From NCBI GenBank assembly GCA_964653555.1, contig CAZZFT010000001.1, positions 929 to 64,928 on the forward strand: a DNA stretch of 64,000 bases, given 5' to 3'. The notes under the pieces are model-generated. The model searched no databases. It was not told where the DNA came from and saw nothing but the letters and a program-made list of their open reading frames with translations. Below, one piece after another: positions 47,821-56,853 of the stretch. Position 1 is the stretch's first letter. The number at the start of each line of letters is the position of its first letter. This DNA comes from an uncultured Spirochaetales bacterium. GTDB lineage: Bacteria > Myxococcota_A > UBA9160 > SMWR01. Made by a program: the position numbers and the translations under genes.

Positions 47821-49733
47821 GCGCAGCCCTCGATCCGATCACGCTCGAGGTATTGCGCAACGCCCTCGTCAGCATCGTCGGGCACATGGAGACCTCGCTG
47901 TATCGCACCGCCTTCTCCGTCACGGCGCGCGACTTCCACGACAGCGCCTGCGGCATCTTCCGTCCGCCCGAGCGGGGCCTCGATCTCGTGGCCGCGGCGG
48001 CCGGAGTCCCCTGTCTGGCCGTCGTCACGCACCACGGGCTGCGCGAGAACCTGCTCGAGTTCGGCGCCGAGAACCTGCTGCCCGGCGACGAGCTCGTGTT
48101 CAACGATCCCTACCGCGGCGGCAACCACGCGCCCGACGTCGTCCTGGCACGTCCCGTCTTCGATGAGCAGGGCATGGTGGCCGTGTGCGCCGCCCGGACG
48201 CACTGGGTCGACGTCGGCGGGGTGGCGATGGGAAGCTGGCCCGTCGGCGGTACCGTCGAGACGATCCAGCAGGAGACGTCGCTGCGGCTCCCGCCGATGC
48301 TCCTCTACCGCCAGGGCCAGCCGGTCAAGAGCACCCATAGCCTGATCCTCGACGCGACGCGCGCGCCGCTGCTGGTGCGAGGCGACATGGGCGCCCAGCA
48401 TACGGCCAACCTCACCGGGGAGCGGGAGATCCTGGCCCGCGTGCGTCGTTACGGCCGCGATGCGTTGTTCGCGGCGATGGACTACGCCCTCGACTACGGC
48501 GAAGCGCGCGCGCGTGCGGCGCTGCGCGCGGTGCCCGACGGCGAGTACGAGGCCGAGGACACCCTCGACGACGACGGCGTCGAGGACATGCCGGTGCGTG
48601 TGCGCTGCCGCCTGACGGTGCGCGGCGACAGCGCCGAGCTCGACTTCAGCGGAACCAGCCGGCAGACCGCGGGGAACTCCAGCACACCCTGGGCGATGGC
48701 GGCGTCCTGTGCGCACCTCAGCCTGATGTCGCTCCTCGACCCGACGATCCCCTCGAACGGCGGATCCCTGCGACCCCTCGATCTGATCCTGCCACCGGGG
48801 ACGCTCGTCCACGCGTTGCCCTACCACGCGTGCGCCGATGGCAATGCCACCGCCGGTGCGCGCATCTTCTCGGTGGTACTCCAGGTCGTGGGCATGGCGC
48901 TTCCCGAGCGCGCCGCCGGCGACTTCACCTCGAGCTCCTCGATGGCCACCTTCGCGGGTCTCGAGGATCCCCGTCCGGGCCGCGCGGGTATGCCGTGGAT
49001 CCACTGGATGGGCGTGTTCTCGGGCTGGGGCGCGACGCGGCGCTCGGACGGGCATTCCTACAGCCTGGTCCCGCTCTCCAACTGCGTGGACCCGCCGATC
49101 GAGTCGATCGAGCAGGACGCACCGGTGCTGGTGGTCCAGCGCGAGTTCACGCCCGACTCGGGCGGTCCCGGCGAACACCGCGGTGGCCTCGGCACCACCT
49201 ACGAGATCGGCTTGCTCGCCTCCGCCTTCGCCAGCAGCAGCTGCGACCGGGTCCGGCGGGCGGGCTTCGGTGCGAACGGAGGACGGGCGTCGCACCGAAC
49301 CTACGTGTTCGAGACCGGGGGCCTCGAGCGCGCCGTGCGCGGGGAGAGCGACCCTCGCGCGCGACCCCTCGTCGGTCTCTTCCGCGAGGGCGACGGGACG
49401 CGCTTTCGCACCGGAAAGTTCTTCGGCCACCCGATCGCCGCCGGGCAGACCTGGCGCAGCCATCATCCGGGCGGAGGTGGCTGGGGCGATCCCCTGCGCC
49501 GGGACCCGGAGCGCGTGCGCGCCGACGTGGAGGCGGGACTGGTGACGAGGATGGGTGCCGAGCGCGACTACGGGGTCGTTCTGAGCGACGGGCTCGCCGT
49601 CGATGCCGCCGCCAGCGAGTCGCTGCGCCGCCGGCTCGCCGCGGATCCGTCCTTCTGCGACCGCGTCGGCCCGGCGCGCTACGAGGCGCCGCCGGTCGCG
49701 GATCCCGCATTGACCGGGGAGGGCGGTTCGTAG
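47817..49733 (+). CDS. Hydantoinase B/oxoprolinase family protein (HyuB-like)
   Basis: The GTG overlaps the HyuA stop (GTGA). DPITLEVLRNALVSIVGHMETSLYRTAFS and NDPYRGGNHAPD are typical HyuB motifs. Confidence 0.88.
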   Translation: MSAALDPITLEVLRNALVSIVGHMETSLYRTAFSVTARDFHDSACGIFRPPERGLDLVAAAAGVPCLAVVTHHGLRENLLEFGAENLLPGDELVFNDPYRGGNHAPDVVLARPVFDEQGMVAVCAARTHWVDVGGVAMGSWPVGGTVETIQQETSLRLPPMLLYRQGQPVKSTHSLILDATRAPLLVRGDMGAQHTANLTGEREILARVRRYGRDALFAAMDYALDYGEARARAALRAVPDGEYEAEDTLDDDGVEDMPVRVRCRLTVRGDSAELDFSGTSRQTAGNSSTPWAMAASCAHLSLMSLLDPTIPSNGGSLRPLDLILPPGTLVHALPYHACADGNATAGARIFSVVLQVVGMALPERAAGDFTSSSSMATFAGLEDPRPGRAGMPWIHWMGVFSGWGATRRSDGHSYSLVPLSNCVDPPIESIEQDAPVLVVQREFTPDSGGPGEHRGGLGTTYEIGLLASAFASSSCDRVRRAGFGANGGRASHRTYVFETGGLERAVRGESDPRARPLVGLFREGDGTRFRTGKFFGHPIAAGQTWRSHHPGGGGWGDPLRRDPERVRADVEAGLVTRMGAERDYGVVLSDGLAVDAAASESLRRRLAADPSFCDRVGPARYEAPPVADPALTGEGGS

Positions 49734-49763
49734 ATTATGTGACCCGATGTTCCAAAAATGTCC
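49732..49763. promoter_or_regulatory. Recurrent motif, site 9 (in a convergent gap after hyuB)
   Basis: AGATTATGTGACCCGATGTTCCAAAAATGTCC. Confidence 0.35.
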
Positions 49764-49780
49764 GGGAATCGGGAAGCGGG

Positions 49781-50017
49781 TCAGCCCGCCGAGGAGGTCG
49801 GCCAGCCCGCCGTCAGCGGCACGTAGCTCTGGGGGATCGGCTCGCTCGACCGGAAGGCGAAGCACTCGCGGCAGCGCTCGACCCGGTGCCAGCCGCCGGC
49901 TCGCAGCGAGCGGTAGCGACGCACCGCCCGGGCCCCGCAGCCGGGGCACGGGGCGTCGACGGGCTCGGAGGGCTCGTGGACGAAGGCCTCGCTCGGCCGC
50001 GGATAGGCGAAGGTCAT
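49781..50017 (-). CDS. Small zinc-ribbon-like protein (78 aa)
   Basis: High third-position GC in this frame, unlike the overlapping + frame. Two CxxC pairs (CPGCG ... CRECF). No obvious SD. Confidence 0.5.
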   Translation of the reverse strand: MTFAYPRPSEAFVHEPSEPVDAPCPGCGARAVRRYRSLRAGGWHRVERCRECFAFRSSEPIPQSYVPLTAGWPTSSAG

Positions 50018-50098
50018 CGCGCGCCCAGGCTACCACGACGAGGCGACGCGGCACCCCGGTGAGGGGCCCCGCCGGGTCGCGTGCGGAGAGGTGACGGA

Positions 50099-51649
50099 AT
50101 GAATCGTGCGAGCGATCTCGACCGAGCGGCGCGAGAGTGGCCGCAGAAGGCCGCGCTCTACTTCGAGGGGCCGGAGCAGCAGTGGACCTACGCCGAGCTC
50201 GACGCGCGTGCGTCGCGCATCGCGACCGGGCTCGAGGCGGAGGGCGTCCGCCCGGGCGACCGGGTGGCGATCATCATGTCCAACCTTCCCGAACACGTGG
50301 CCAGCTGGTACGGCATCGCGAAGGCCGGCGCCATCCCCGTCGACGTCAACTACATCCTGGCCGACGAGGAGTGGACCTTCATCCTCGACGACTGCGAGCC
50401 CAAGGCGATCCTCACCGACATGCGCTTCGGCGAACGGGTCGCCGGGGTGGCCGGCCGCGTCTCGAGCCGGCCCGTCGTCTTCGTGGCGCGACGCGAAGGC
50501 GATCTGGGAGACGGAGCGCTCGAGGATCTTGGCCGCGGGACGGGACCGCGCCCGGCGATGGACCGCGATCCGGACGACGTCGCGGTGCTCGCCTACACGA
50601 GCGGCACCACGGGCTACCCGAAAGGGGTCATGCACAGCCAGCGGATCCTGGAGTTCCAGATGGGAACGCTCCAGGAGACCAACGGCCTCAACCACGATGA
50701 CGTGATCGCGTGCGCCACCCCGATCTTCCCGATGCACGGCTACCTGACCCAGCCGGGGATCTCGGTGCACGTGGGCGCCACGCTGCTGCTGATGGACCGC
50801 TTCGATCCGGCCGTGTTCTCGGCGAAGTCGCGCGCGTATCCGATCACCTGCGCCACCTTCGCGCCCGCCATGGTCGTCGCGCTGCTCCAGCTGCCCGAGG
50901 GCCAGGGGCCGGTGCTCGACCACGCGCGCCTGTTCTTCTGCGGGGGCGCCGCGCTTCATCCGGAGGTGCGCGAGCGCTTCGAAAAGACCTACGGCGCCCC
51001 GCTCGTGCAGGGCTTCGGCTCCACCGAGGTGATGGGCGCGATCGCGATGGAGCGGGCCGGGCGCCGCGCTCCCCCGGGCAGCTGCGGATCGCTCTGGCCG
51101 GGCGCGAAGGAGCTGGTCCGCGTGGTCGACGACGAGGGCCACGACGTGCCCCTGGGCGAGATCGGAGAGTTCCTCGTCCACAAGAGCCGCGCGACGATGG
51201 GCTACTGGCGCCGCCCGGACCTCACCGAGGAGGCCTTCTACGACGACACCTGGTTCAAGATGGGCGACGTCGGGCGAATCGACGAGAACGACTTCGTGTT
51301 CCTCCTCGACCGCAAGAAGGACATGATCATCCGCGGGGGATTCAATATCTACTCGGCCGAGATCGAGCGCGTGCTGAACCAGCACGACCTGGTCGCCGAG
51401 GCGACGGTGATCGGTCTTCCGCACGAGCGCCTCGGAGAGGTGCCGAAGGCCTTCGTCGTGCTGCGCTCCGGGACGGGCGACGACGCCCTGGCCGAGGAGC
51501 TGCGCGCCTACTGCATCCAGCGGATCGGCAAGCTCAAAGCGCCCGAGGAGATCGAGTTCGTGGCCTTCGATGCGCTGCCGCGCAACGCGATGACCAAAGT
51601 TCTCAAGCGGGAGCTGCGCGACCGCGTGCTCGCCCGGGCCCGGGGCTGA
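50099..51649 (+). CDS. AMP-binding acyl-CoA synthetase/ligase
   Basis: YTSGTTGYPKGV (AMP motif), plus GEI, DRKKDMIIRGGFNIY and a C-terminal K. ATG 50099 follows GAGAGG, with an alternative ATG at 50081. Confidence 0.88.
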   Translation: MNRASDLDRAAREWPQKAALYFEGPEQQWTYAELDARASRIATGLEAEGVRPGDRVAIIMSNLPEHVASWYGIAKAGAIPVDVNYILADEEWTFILDDCEPKAILTDMRFGERVAGVAGRVSSRPVVFVARREGDLGDGALEDLGRGTGPRPAMDRDPDDVAVLAYTSGTTGYPKGVMHSQRILEFQMGTLQETNGLNHDDVIACATPIFPMHGYLTQPGISVHVGATLLLMDRFDPAVFSAKSRAYPITCATFAPAMVVALLQLPEGQGPVLDHARLFFCGGAALHPEVRERFEKTYGAPLVQGFGSTEVMGAIAMERAGRRAPPGSCGSLWPGAKELVRVVDDEGHDVPLGEIGEFLVHKSRATMGYWRRPDLTEEAFYDDTWFKMGDVGRIDENDFVFLLDRKKDMIIRGGFNIYSAEIERVLNQHDLVAEATVIGLPHERLGEVPKAFVVLRSGTGDDALAEELRAYCIQRIGKLKAPEEIEFVAFDALPRNAMTKVLKRELRDRVLARARG

Positions 51650-51671
51650 GCGCGGCGAAGCAACTCGGCGC

Positions 51672-53045
51672 ATGGATCCGCTCTCGTCGCCCGAGCTTCG
51701 GCATTGGGTCGAGCGCACCAGCGGCGGCCGAATCGTGGCGCGCCACGCCCACAACCAGGGCTTCGGTCGCCAGATCGCCATGGTGGATGTCGAGGATTCC
51801 GAGGGCGAGCGGCGCGAGCTGGTGCTGCGCTGCGAGATCGGGACCGTGTTCGCTGGCACCGAGATCTCGCTTGCGCGGGAGGCGACGGCCTATCGCGCCC
51901 TCCAGGGACGAGGAGTGCCGATCGCTCGCCTCTACGGCGTGACCGACGACCGCGACGCGCTCTTGCTGGAGCGCGTGCCGGGCACCGCCGACACGGCGCA
52001 GCTGACGGATTCCGAGCGCGACCGCCTCTCCGCGCACTTCGCCGAAGTGCTCGCGGCGCTGCACGCGATCGATCCCAGCGAGCTCGACCTGCCGGGCTTT
52101 GCCCGACCCAGGACGCCGGCCGACCACGCCCTCCAGGACTTCGGCCTGTGGAACGGTATGTTCGAGGCGTTCGCGCGCGCGCCGGATCCCCTGGTGCGCT
52201 TCGCCCACCGCTGGCTGGCGCGCAACGCCCCGACCTCGATGCCGCGCACGGCTTTCCTCCAGGGCGATACCGGCCCGGGAAACTTCCTGCACGACGGCGA
52301 GCGCGTGCGGGCCCTGATCGACTGGGAGTTCTCCCACGTCGGCGATCCGCTGGAGGACCTCGCGTGGGTCGCCTTTCGCGCCGGGCTCCAGCCCTTCGGA
52401 GACCTGACCCGCTTCTATCGCCGCTATGGCGAGCTCTCGCGGATCCGCTTCGACCGCGAGCGCGTCCTCTACTACCGGGTAGGCGTGCTCTTCCGCTGCG
52501 TGGTCGGCACGGTGGTGGGCGTGGCGCGCGCGCTCCGGACCGGGACGGTGCACCAGGGCCTGGGAGCCAACTGCTTCGGCCTCGAGGTGATGCGCCGCCA
52601 TCTCTGCGAGCTCCTGGCCGAGCGCGGCGGCTGGCCGCTGGAGCTCCCGGAACTGCCCGAGGCCGAGCCGGGTGAGGGCGAGGAGCTCCTGAACTCGTTG
52701 ATCCGCGATCTCACGGAGTTCATCGTACCCGCGGTCTCGGAGCCGACGGCGCTCGCCCGGGCGCACAGCCTCACAGCCTCGCTGCTGCACCTGCGTGCGG
52801 CCGACCGCCACCGCCGCGCGCTCGAGGAGCAGGAGCACGAGGAGATGACCGAGCTGCTCGGCCACCTCCCCGCGAGCCTCGAGGAGGGGACCCGGGAGGT
52901 CGACGCCCTGGTGGCCCGCGCGAGCCCGGAGCGCGAGGGCGAGATTTTCCGCTACCTGGCGCGCCGGGCCGCCCGGTCCGGCGCGTTGTGGCCTTCGCCC
53001 GCGGGCCCGGCTCCGGCGAGTCTGCCGCCGGTGCCGGAGCTCTAG
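51672..53045 (+). CDS. Phosphotransferase (APH/choline-kinase-like) family protein, paralog 2
   Basis: FLQGDTGPGNFLHDGERVRALIDWEFSHVGDPLEDLAW. Colinear with the ORF at 43427. Confidence 0.85.
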   Translation: MDPLSSPELRHWVERTSGGRIVARHAHNQGFGRQIAMVDVEDSEGERRELVLRCEIGTVFAGTEISLAREATAYRALQGRGVPIARLYGVTDDRDALLLERVPGTADTAQLTDSERDRLSAHFAEVLAALHAIDPSELDLPGFARPRTPADHALQDFGLWNGMFEAFARAPDPLVRFAHRWLARNAPTSMPRTAFLQGDTGPGNFLHDGERVRALIDWEFSHVGDPLEDLAWVAFRAGLQPFGDLTRFYRRYGELSRIRFDRERVLYYRVGVLFRCVVGTVVGVARALRTGTVHQGLGANCFGLEVMRRHLCELLAERGGWPLELPELPEAEPGEGEELLNSLIRDLTEFIVPAVSEPTALARAHSLTASLLHLRAADRHRRALEEQEHEEMTELLGHLPASLEEGTREVDALVARASPEREGEIFRYLARRAARSGALWPSPAGPAPASLPPVPEL

Positions 53046-54514
53046 CCTCGCACCGCCGGGTCCGACGCGAGGAAGTCGTCGACGGCGCTCTCGACGGCCG
53101 TCCCCTTGAAGAAGGTGGGATGGCTGGAGGCGAACAGGCGCGCGGCGTTCCCGAACACGAAGTCGCGGAACGACTCCTCGTCGAGACGGCTCTCCTCGAC
53201 GTGCTCGTACGCCTCGACCAGCACCTTCGCCATGTCGGGGACGTCCCAATGGCTGATGTCCGAGCTGAAGAGCGCGCCGAGGCGGGCACCGAAGGGGTTC
53301 GACGGCTGGAAGGCCGCGGCCGTCGTCGGCGTGTCGGCCTCGCAGCCGAAGAAGAACGGCTCGGCGAAGAGCTTGCGGATCTCCTCGGCGCTCTCGATGC
53401 GGCAGGCCGCGAACTCGTCGAGCAGCGCGGGGTCTTCGGAGGTCGAACCGACCAAGCCGAGCAGGGTGTCCAGCCCTTCGTCGAGGCGGCCCTCGAGCAT
53501 CCGGCTCCCGTAGCGCTGCGCGTAGTCCAGCAACGCGCTCCGGTCGAGATTCGCGGGGTCGTAGTTCGCCAGATTCCTCGGGTTGCGCTTCTCCCAGTGG
53601 TCGATCAGATCCGCGTACAGACTCGCCGCCCATCCGACGCCGCCTTCCAGGAAGGCGAAGCGCAGCCCCGGAAAGCGCCGCGTCACACCGCCCAGGAACA
53701 GGGCCCGGCACAGAGGCTCGTGGGCGCCGGCAAAGGCGCCGAGGTGGTTGTACACGTAGCTCGACGGGGAACGCCGGCCGGTCCACCCCATCGAGTGGGA
53801 GTGGAAGGTGGGTGAGATGCCGAGCTGCTGGCAGCGGGCCCAGACCGGGTCGTAGTCGTGCTCGCTGTCCACGCCGTAGACGTCGATCCACGGCGCCTGG
53901 CGCGCCACTTCGGGGTCCCGGCGTGCGACCGCCGGGATCGGGCGATCGACGAAGCCGGCCAGCAGGGCGACCTTGAAGCCGAGCACGTCGACGGCGTACC
54001 CCAGCTCCTCGATCGCCTCCTCGGGCGTGTGCATCGGGATGACCGCGACCGGAGTGAGCCGGTCGGAGAACTCCCGGAACACCTCGGCGTGCATCCGGTT
54101 GAAGGCGCGGCACGAGGCCCGGCGCACCTGCTCGTCGTCGACGTGGGGCGCCACCATTCCGAGACTCGGATAGACGACCGCGAAGTCGAGGCCGAACTCG
54201 TCGAGCCGCTCGTAGAGGAGCTTCGGCAGCATCGCGGTCGCCCGGTCGCGCGTGTTGCGGGTCGGGGTGCCCCACCACGCGGGGCGGGCGATCCGACGAT
54301 CCAGCCGTTGGGCGGGTTCCAGCTCGTACCACCCGTAGCAGGCGAATCGGTCGCCGCGGACGTACCGGAAGAATCCTTCGGCGACGGAGCGTCCTCCGAC
54401 CTCGTTCATCGCGTCGACGACCGCAGGCATGAACTCCATCCAGTGCCCGTCCGCGTCGATCACGGGGTGGCAGAGCTTCGCCCGGATCGCCTCGCCCCTC
54501 GCGGCTTCGCGCAT
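53042..54514 (-). CDS. Amidohydrolase family protein
   Basis: ATG 54514 follows GAGGAGGAG. The N-terminal VIDADGHWMEF, and DISHWD near the C-terminus. Confidence 0.8.
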   Translation of the reverse strand: MREAARGEAIRAKLCHPVIDADGHWMEFMPAVVDAMNEVGGRSVAEGFFRYVRGDRFACYGWYELEPAQRLDRRIARPAWWGTPTRNTRDRATAMLPKLLYERLDEFGLDFAVVYPSLGMVAPHVDDEQVRRASCRAFNRMHAEVFREFSDRLTPVAVIPMHTPEEAIEELGYAVDVLGFKVALLAGFVDRPIPAVARRDPEVARQAPWIDVYGVDSEHDYDPVWARCQQLGISPTFHSHSMGWTGRRSPSSYVYNHLGAFAGAHEPLCRALFLGGVTRRFPGLRFAFLEGGVGWAASLYADLIDHWEKRNPRNLANYDPANLDRSALLDYAQRYGSRMLEGRLDEGLDTLLGLVGSTSEDPALLDEFAACRIESAEEIRKLFAEPFFFGCEADTPTTAAAFQPSNPFGARLGALFSSDISHWDVPDMAKVLVEAYEHVEESRLDEESFRDFVFGNAARLFASSHPTFFKGTAVESAVDDFLASDPAVRG

Positions 54515-54590
54515 TCTTTCTCCTCCTCGCGCCGGTTCCGGCCCCCTCGGGCCGCCCGGATCGATTCCAGATCGCCCGCTCCGGCGCCGC

Positions 54591-54620
54591 CGATTATTGT
54601 ACACTTGCGTCCGAATTAGA
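54591..54620. promoter_or_regulatory. Recurrent motif, site 10 (amidohydrolase / paralog-3 divergent region)
   Basis: CGATTATTGTACACTTGCGTCCGAATTAGA. Confidence 0.4.
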
Positions 54621-54660
54621 GCCGGCGCCGCTGCCGGGACACCCGAGAGGAGGGGACCGA

Positions 54661-55662
54661 ATGGCGGACGAGCACAACTTCACTCTCGCCCCGCAGGACG
54701 AGCTTCCGATCCAGGCGCCCTCGGGCATCCCGGGGTGGACCGAGAACTACTGCTTCCAGGCCTACGATCCCACCCAGCGCATCGGTTTCTTCCAGAATCT
54801 CGGAACGATCAATGCCGATCCGCTGATCTGGCGCGAGCTGCTGACGCTCTACCTGCCCGACGGAACGCTCATGCTCGCCAAGGGATTCGGAGGCTGGGCC
54901 ACTCCCGACCTCAAGGACGGTCCCCGGGCCGCGAGCCAGTCCTTCGTATGCGAGGAGCCGTGGAAGCGCTGGCGTGTGCGCTGGTCGGGGCCTGCCCGGC
55001 ACGTGACCCTCGCCGAGATCTCGACCTGCCGTCTCCAGGACGGTCTGTTCGAGCCGGTCGAGATCGATCTCGTGTTCGAGGCGATCGCGCCGACCTGGAA
55101 CGTCGGATCGCAGATGGAGACGCAGTCCTGGGCCCACGGGCACTACGACCAATCCATGTCGATCACCGGCACGCTGCAGTGCAAGGGCCAGCGCTACGCG
55201 ATCGAGGGGGTGGGGCTGCGCGACCACTCGCGGGGTCCGCGGAGCTGCGAGCCGATCGAGCGGCACGGCTGGATCCACGGCGAGTTCGAGGACGGGCGCT
55301 GCTTCAGCATCCTCGACTTCGGATTCCGCTCCAGCGACGCTCAGCCGATGAGCCGCGGCTTCGTGTCGGACGGCAAGGCCCTGCACGAGATCGAAGTGAT
55401 CGAGGTGCCGCACTACCGGAGCCTCGCCACCGTGAACGATCCGGGCCGGGTGGTCTTCGACTCGCCCTGGGGTCGCGCGGAGATCGAGGGCGAGGTGCTG
55501 GCGAACGCGCTCTACTGCGTGATCCCGCCCAACGAGGTGACCTTCGGGATCGACGCGGGCTTCGACGGGCTCGCCCTCACCGAGGCCCAGGTCCGCTACC
55601 GCTGGGACGGCGTCACCGGCTACGGCCTCTGGGAGCGGACCGGCCGCGGCGTCACCGCCTAG
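54661..55662 (+). CDS. Conserved protein of unnamed family (RDHSRG variant), paralog 3
   Basis: RBS GAGAGGAGGGG. Motifs: IPGWTENYCFQAYD, IDLVFEA, HYDQSMSITGTLQCKG...LRDHSRGPR. Confidence 0.75.
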   Translation: MADEHNFTLAPQDELPIQAPSGIPGWTENYCFQAYDPTQRIGFFQNLGTINADPLIWRELLTLYLPDGTLMLAKGFGGWATPDLKDGPRAASQSFVCEEPWKRWRVRWSGPARHVTLAEISTCRLQDGLFEPVEIDLVFEAIAPTWNVGSQMETQSWAHGHYDQSMSITGTLQCKGQRYAIEGVGLRDHSRGPRSCEPIERHGWIHGEFEDGRCFSILDFGFRSSDAQPMSRGFVSDGKALHEIEVIEVPHYRSLATVNDPGRVVFDSPWGRAEIEGEVLANALYCVIPPNEVTFGIDAGFDGLALTEAQVRYRWDGVTGYGLWERTGRGVTA

Positions 55663-55710
55663 CTCGACCGAGCGCGGCCGACGATCGTCTCCGAACCATC
55701 GGGAGCCCAC

Positions 55711-56853
55711 ATGCCCACCATCGATCGCATCCTCACCACTCACGTGGGAAGCCTGCCGCGACCGGACGACCTGCTGGCGGTGCTGCACGCCAAGTACGCC
55801 GGAGAGGACTACGACGGAGACGAGCTCGCGCGCCTCGTCGCCCGCTCGGTGGTCGACGTGGTCCGACGTCAGGTCGAGACCGGCATCGACCTGGTGAACG
55901 ACGGCGAGATGGGCAAGCCGACCTACGCCACGTACGTGTCCGAACGGCTCTCGGGCTTCGGTGACACGCCGAAGCGCGGCAAGGCGCTGCGCGATCTCGT
56001 CGAGTTCCCCGCCTACACCAAGCGCATCGTGAAGATCGGCGCCGTCGCTCCGACCGTCACCGGAGCGGACTGCGTCGGACCCGTCGCCGTAGCGGACCGG
56101 GGGCCTCTTGACGTCGATCTGACGAACATGGCCGCGGCCGCCAAGGAGTGCTCGCCGGTCGGCGTGTTCATGACGTCGGCGTCTCCGGGGGTGATCACCT
56201 CGTTCCAGGAGAACAAGCACTATCCGACCCACGACGCCTATCTCGAGGCCCTCGCCGAGGCGATGCGGGAGGAGTACGAGGCGATCGTGGCCGCGGGATT
56301 CCTGCTCCAGCTCGACAGCCCGGACCTGGCAATGAACCGCCACCTGGTCCATCCAGACGACCCCGAGGCCTTCTTCCGCGACTGCGAGAGGCACGTCGAA
56401 GCCCTGAACCACGCGACGCGGAACATCCCCCCGGATCGCATGCGAATGCACCTGTGCTGGGGGAACTACCCCGGACCGCACCACCTCGACGTGCCGCTCG
56501 AGCAGGTGCTGCGGCCGGCGCTTCGGGCGCGACCGGCGACGCTGCTCCTCGAGGGGGCGAATCCGCGCCACGAGCACGAGTGGGAGATCTTCCGGACGAT
56601 TCCGCTCCCCGAGGACAAGGTTCTGGTGCCCGGCATGCTCGACACCACCTCCAACTACATCGAGCACCCCGAGCTGATCGCCCAGCGGCTGTGCCGGTAT
56701 GCCGACGTGGTCGGGCGGGAGCGGGTGATGGCGGGAACCGACTGCGGTTTCGCCACCTTCGCCGAGTTCCCGCTGATCGACCCGGAGATCGCCTGGGCGA
56801 AGCTCCGGGCGATGGTCGAGGGCGCGGCCCTCGCGAGCGACCGTCTGTGGTGA
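55711..56853 (+). CDS. Cobalamin-independent methionine synthase (MetE C-terminal-domain-like) family protein
   Basis: 380 aa. THVGSLPRP..., DGEMGK, and HLCWGNY (zinc-site region). It is a single catalytic-like domain, about half the length of full-length MetE. Confidence 0.78.
   Translation: MPTIDRILTTHVGSLPRPDDLLAVLHAKYAGEDYDGDELARLVARSVVDVVRRQVETGIDLVNDGEMGKPTYATYVSERLSGFGDTPKRGKALRDLVEFPAYTKRIVKIGAVAPTVTGADCVGPVAVADRGPLDVDLTNMAAAAKECSPVGVFMTSASPGVITSFQENKHYPTHDAYLEALAEAMREEYEAIVAAGFLLQLDSPDLAMNRHLVHPDDPEAFFRDCERHVEALNHATRNIPPDRMRMHLCWGNYPGPHHLDVPLEQVLRPALRARPATLLLEGANPRHEHEWEIFRTIPLPEDKVLVPGMLDTTSNYIEHPELIAQRLCRYADVVGRERVMAGTDCGFATFAEFPLIDPEIAWAKLRAMVEGAALASDRLW

Noticed and set aside
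49747-50094. The plus-strand 115-aa ORF between hyuB and the acyl-CoA ligase.
   Set aside because: It is Arg/Ser/Gly-rich with many A/T-ending codons. The opposite-strand 78-aa ORF has coding-like codon bias and a zinc-ribbon pattern.
55711-56853. Calling the MetE-like gene a genuine cobalamin-independent methionine synthase (metE).
   Set aside because: At 380 aa it has only one of the two MetE barrels. It sits in an operon with a BVMO, and the 48-bp upstream gap leaves no room for a cobalamin or SAM riboswitch. I report only the family-level call.
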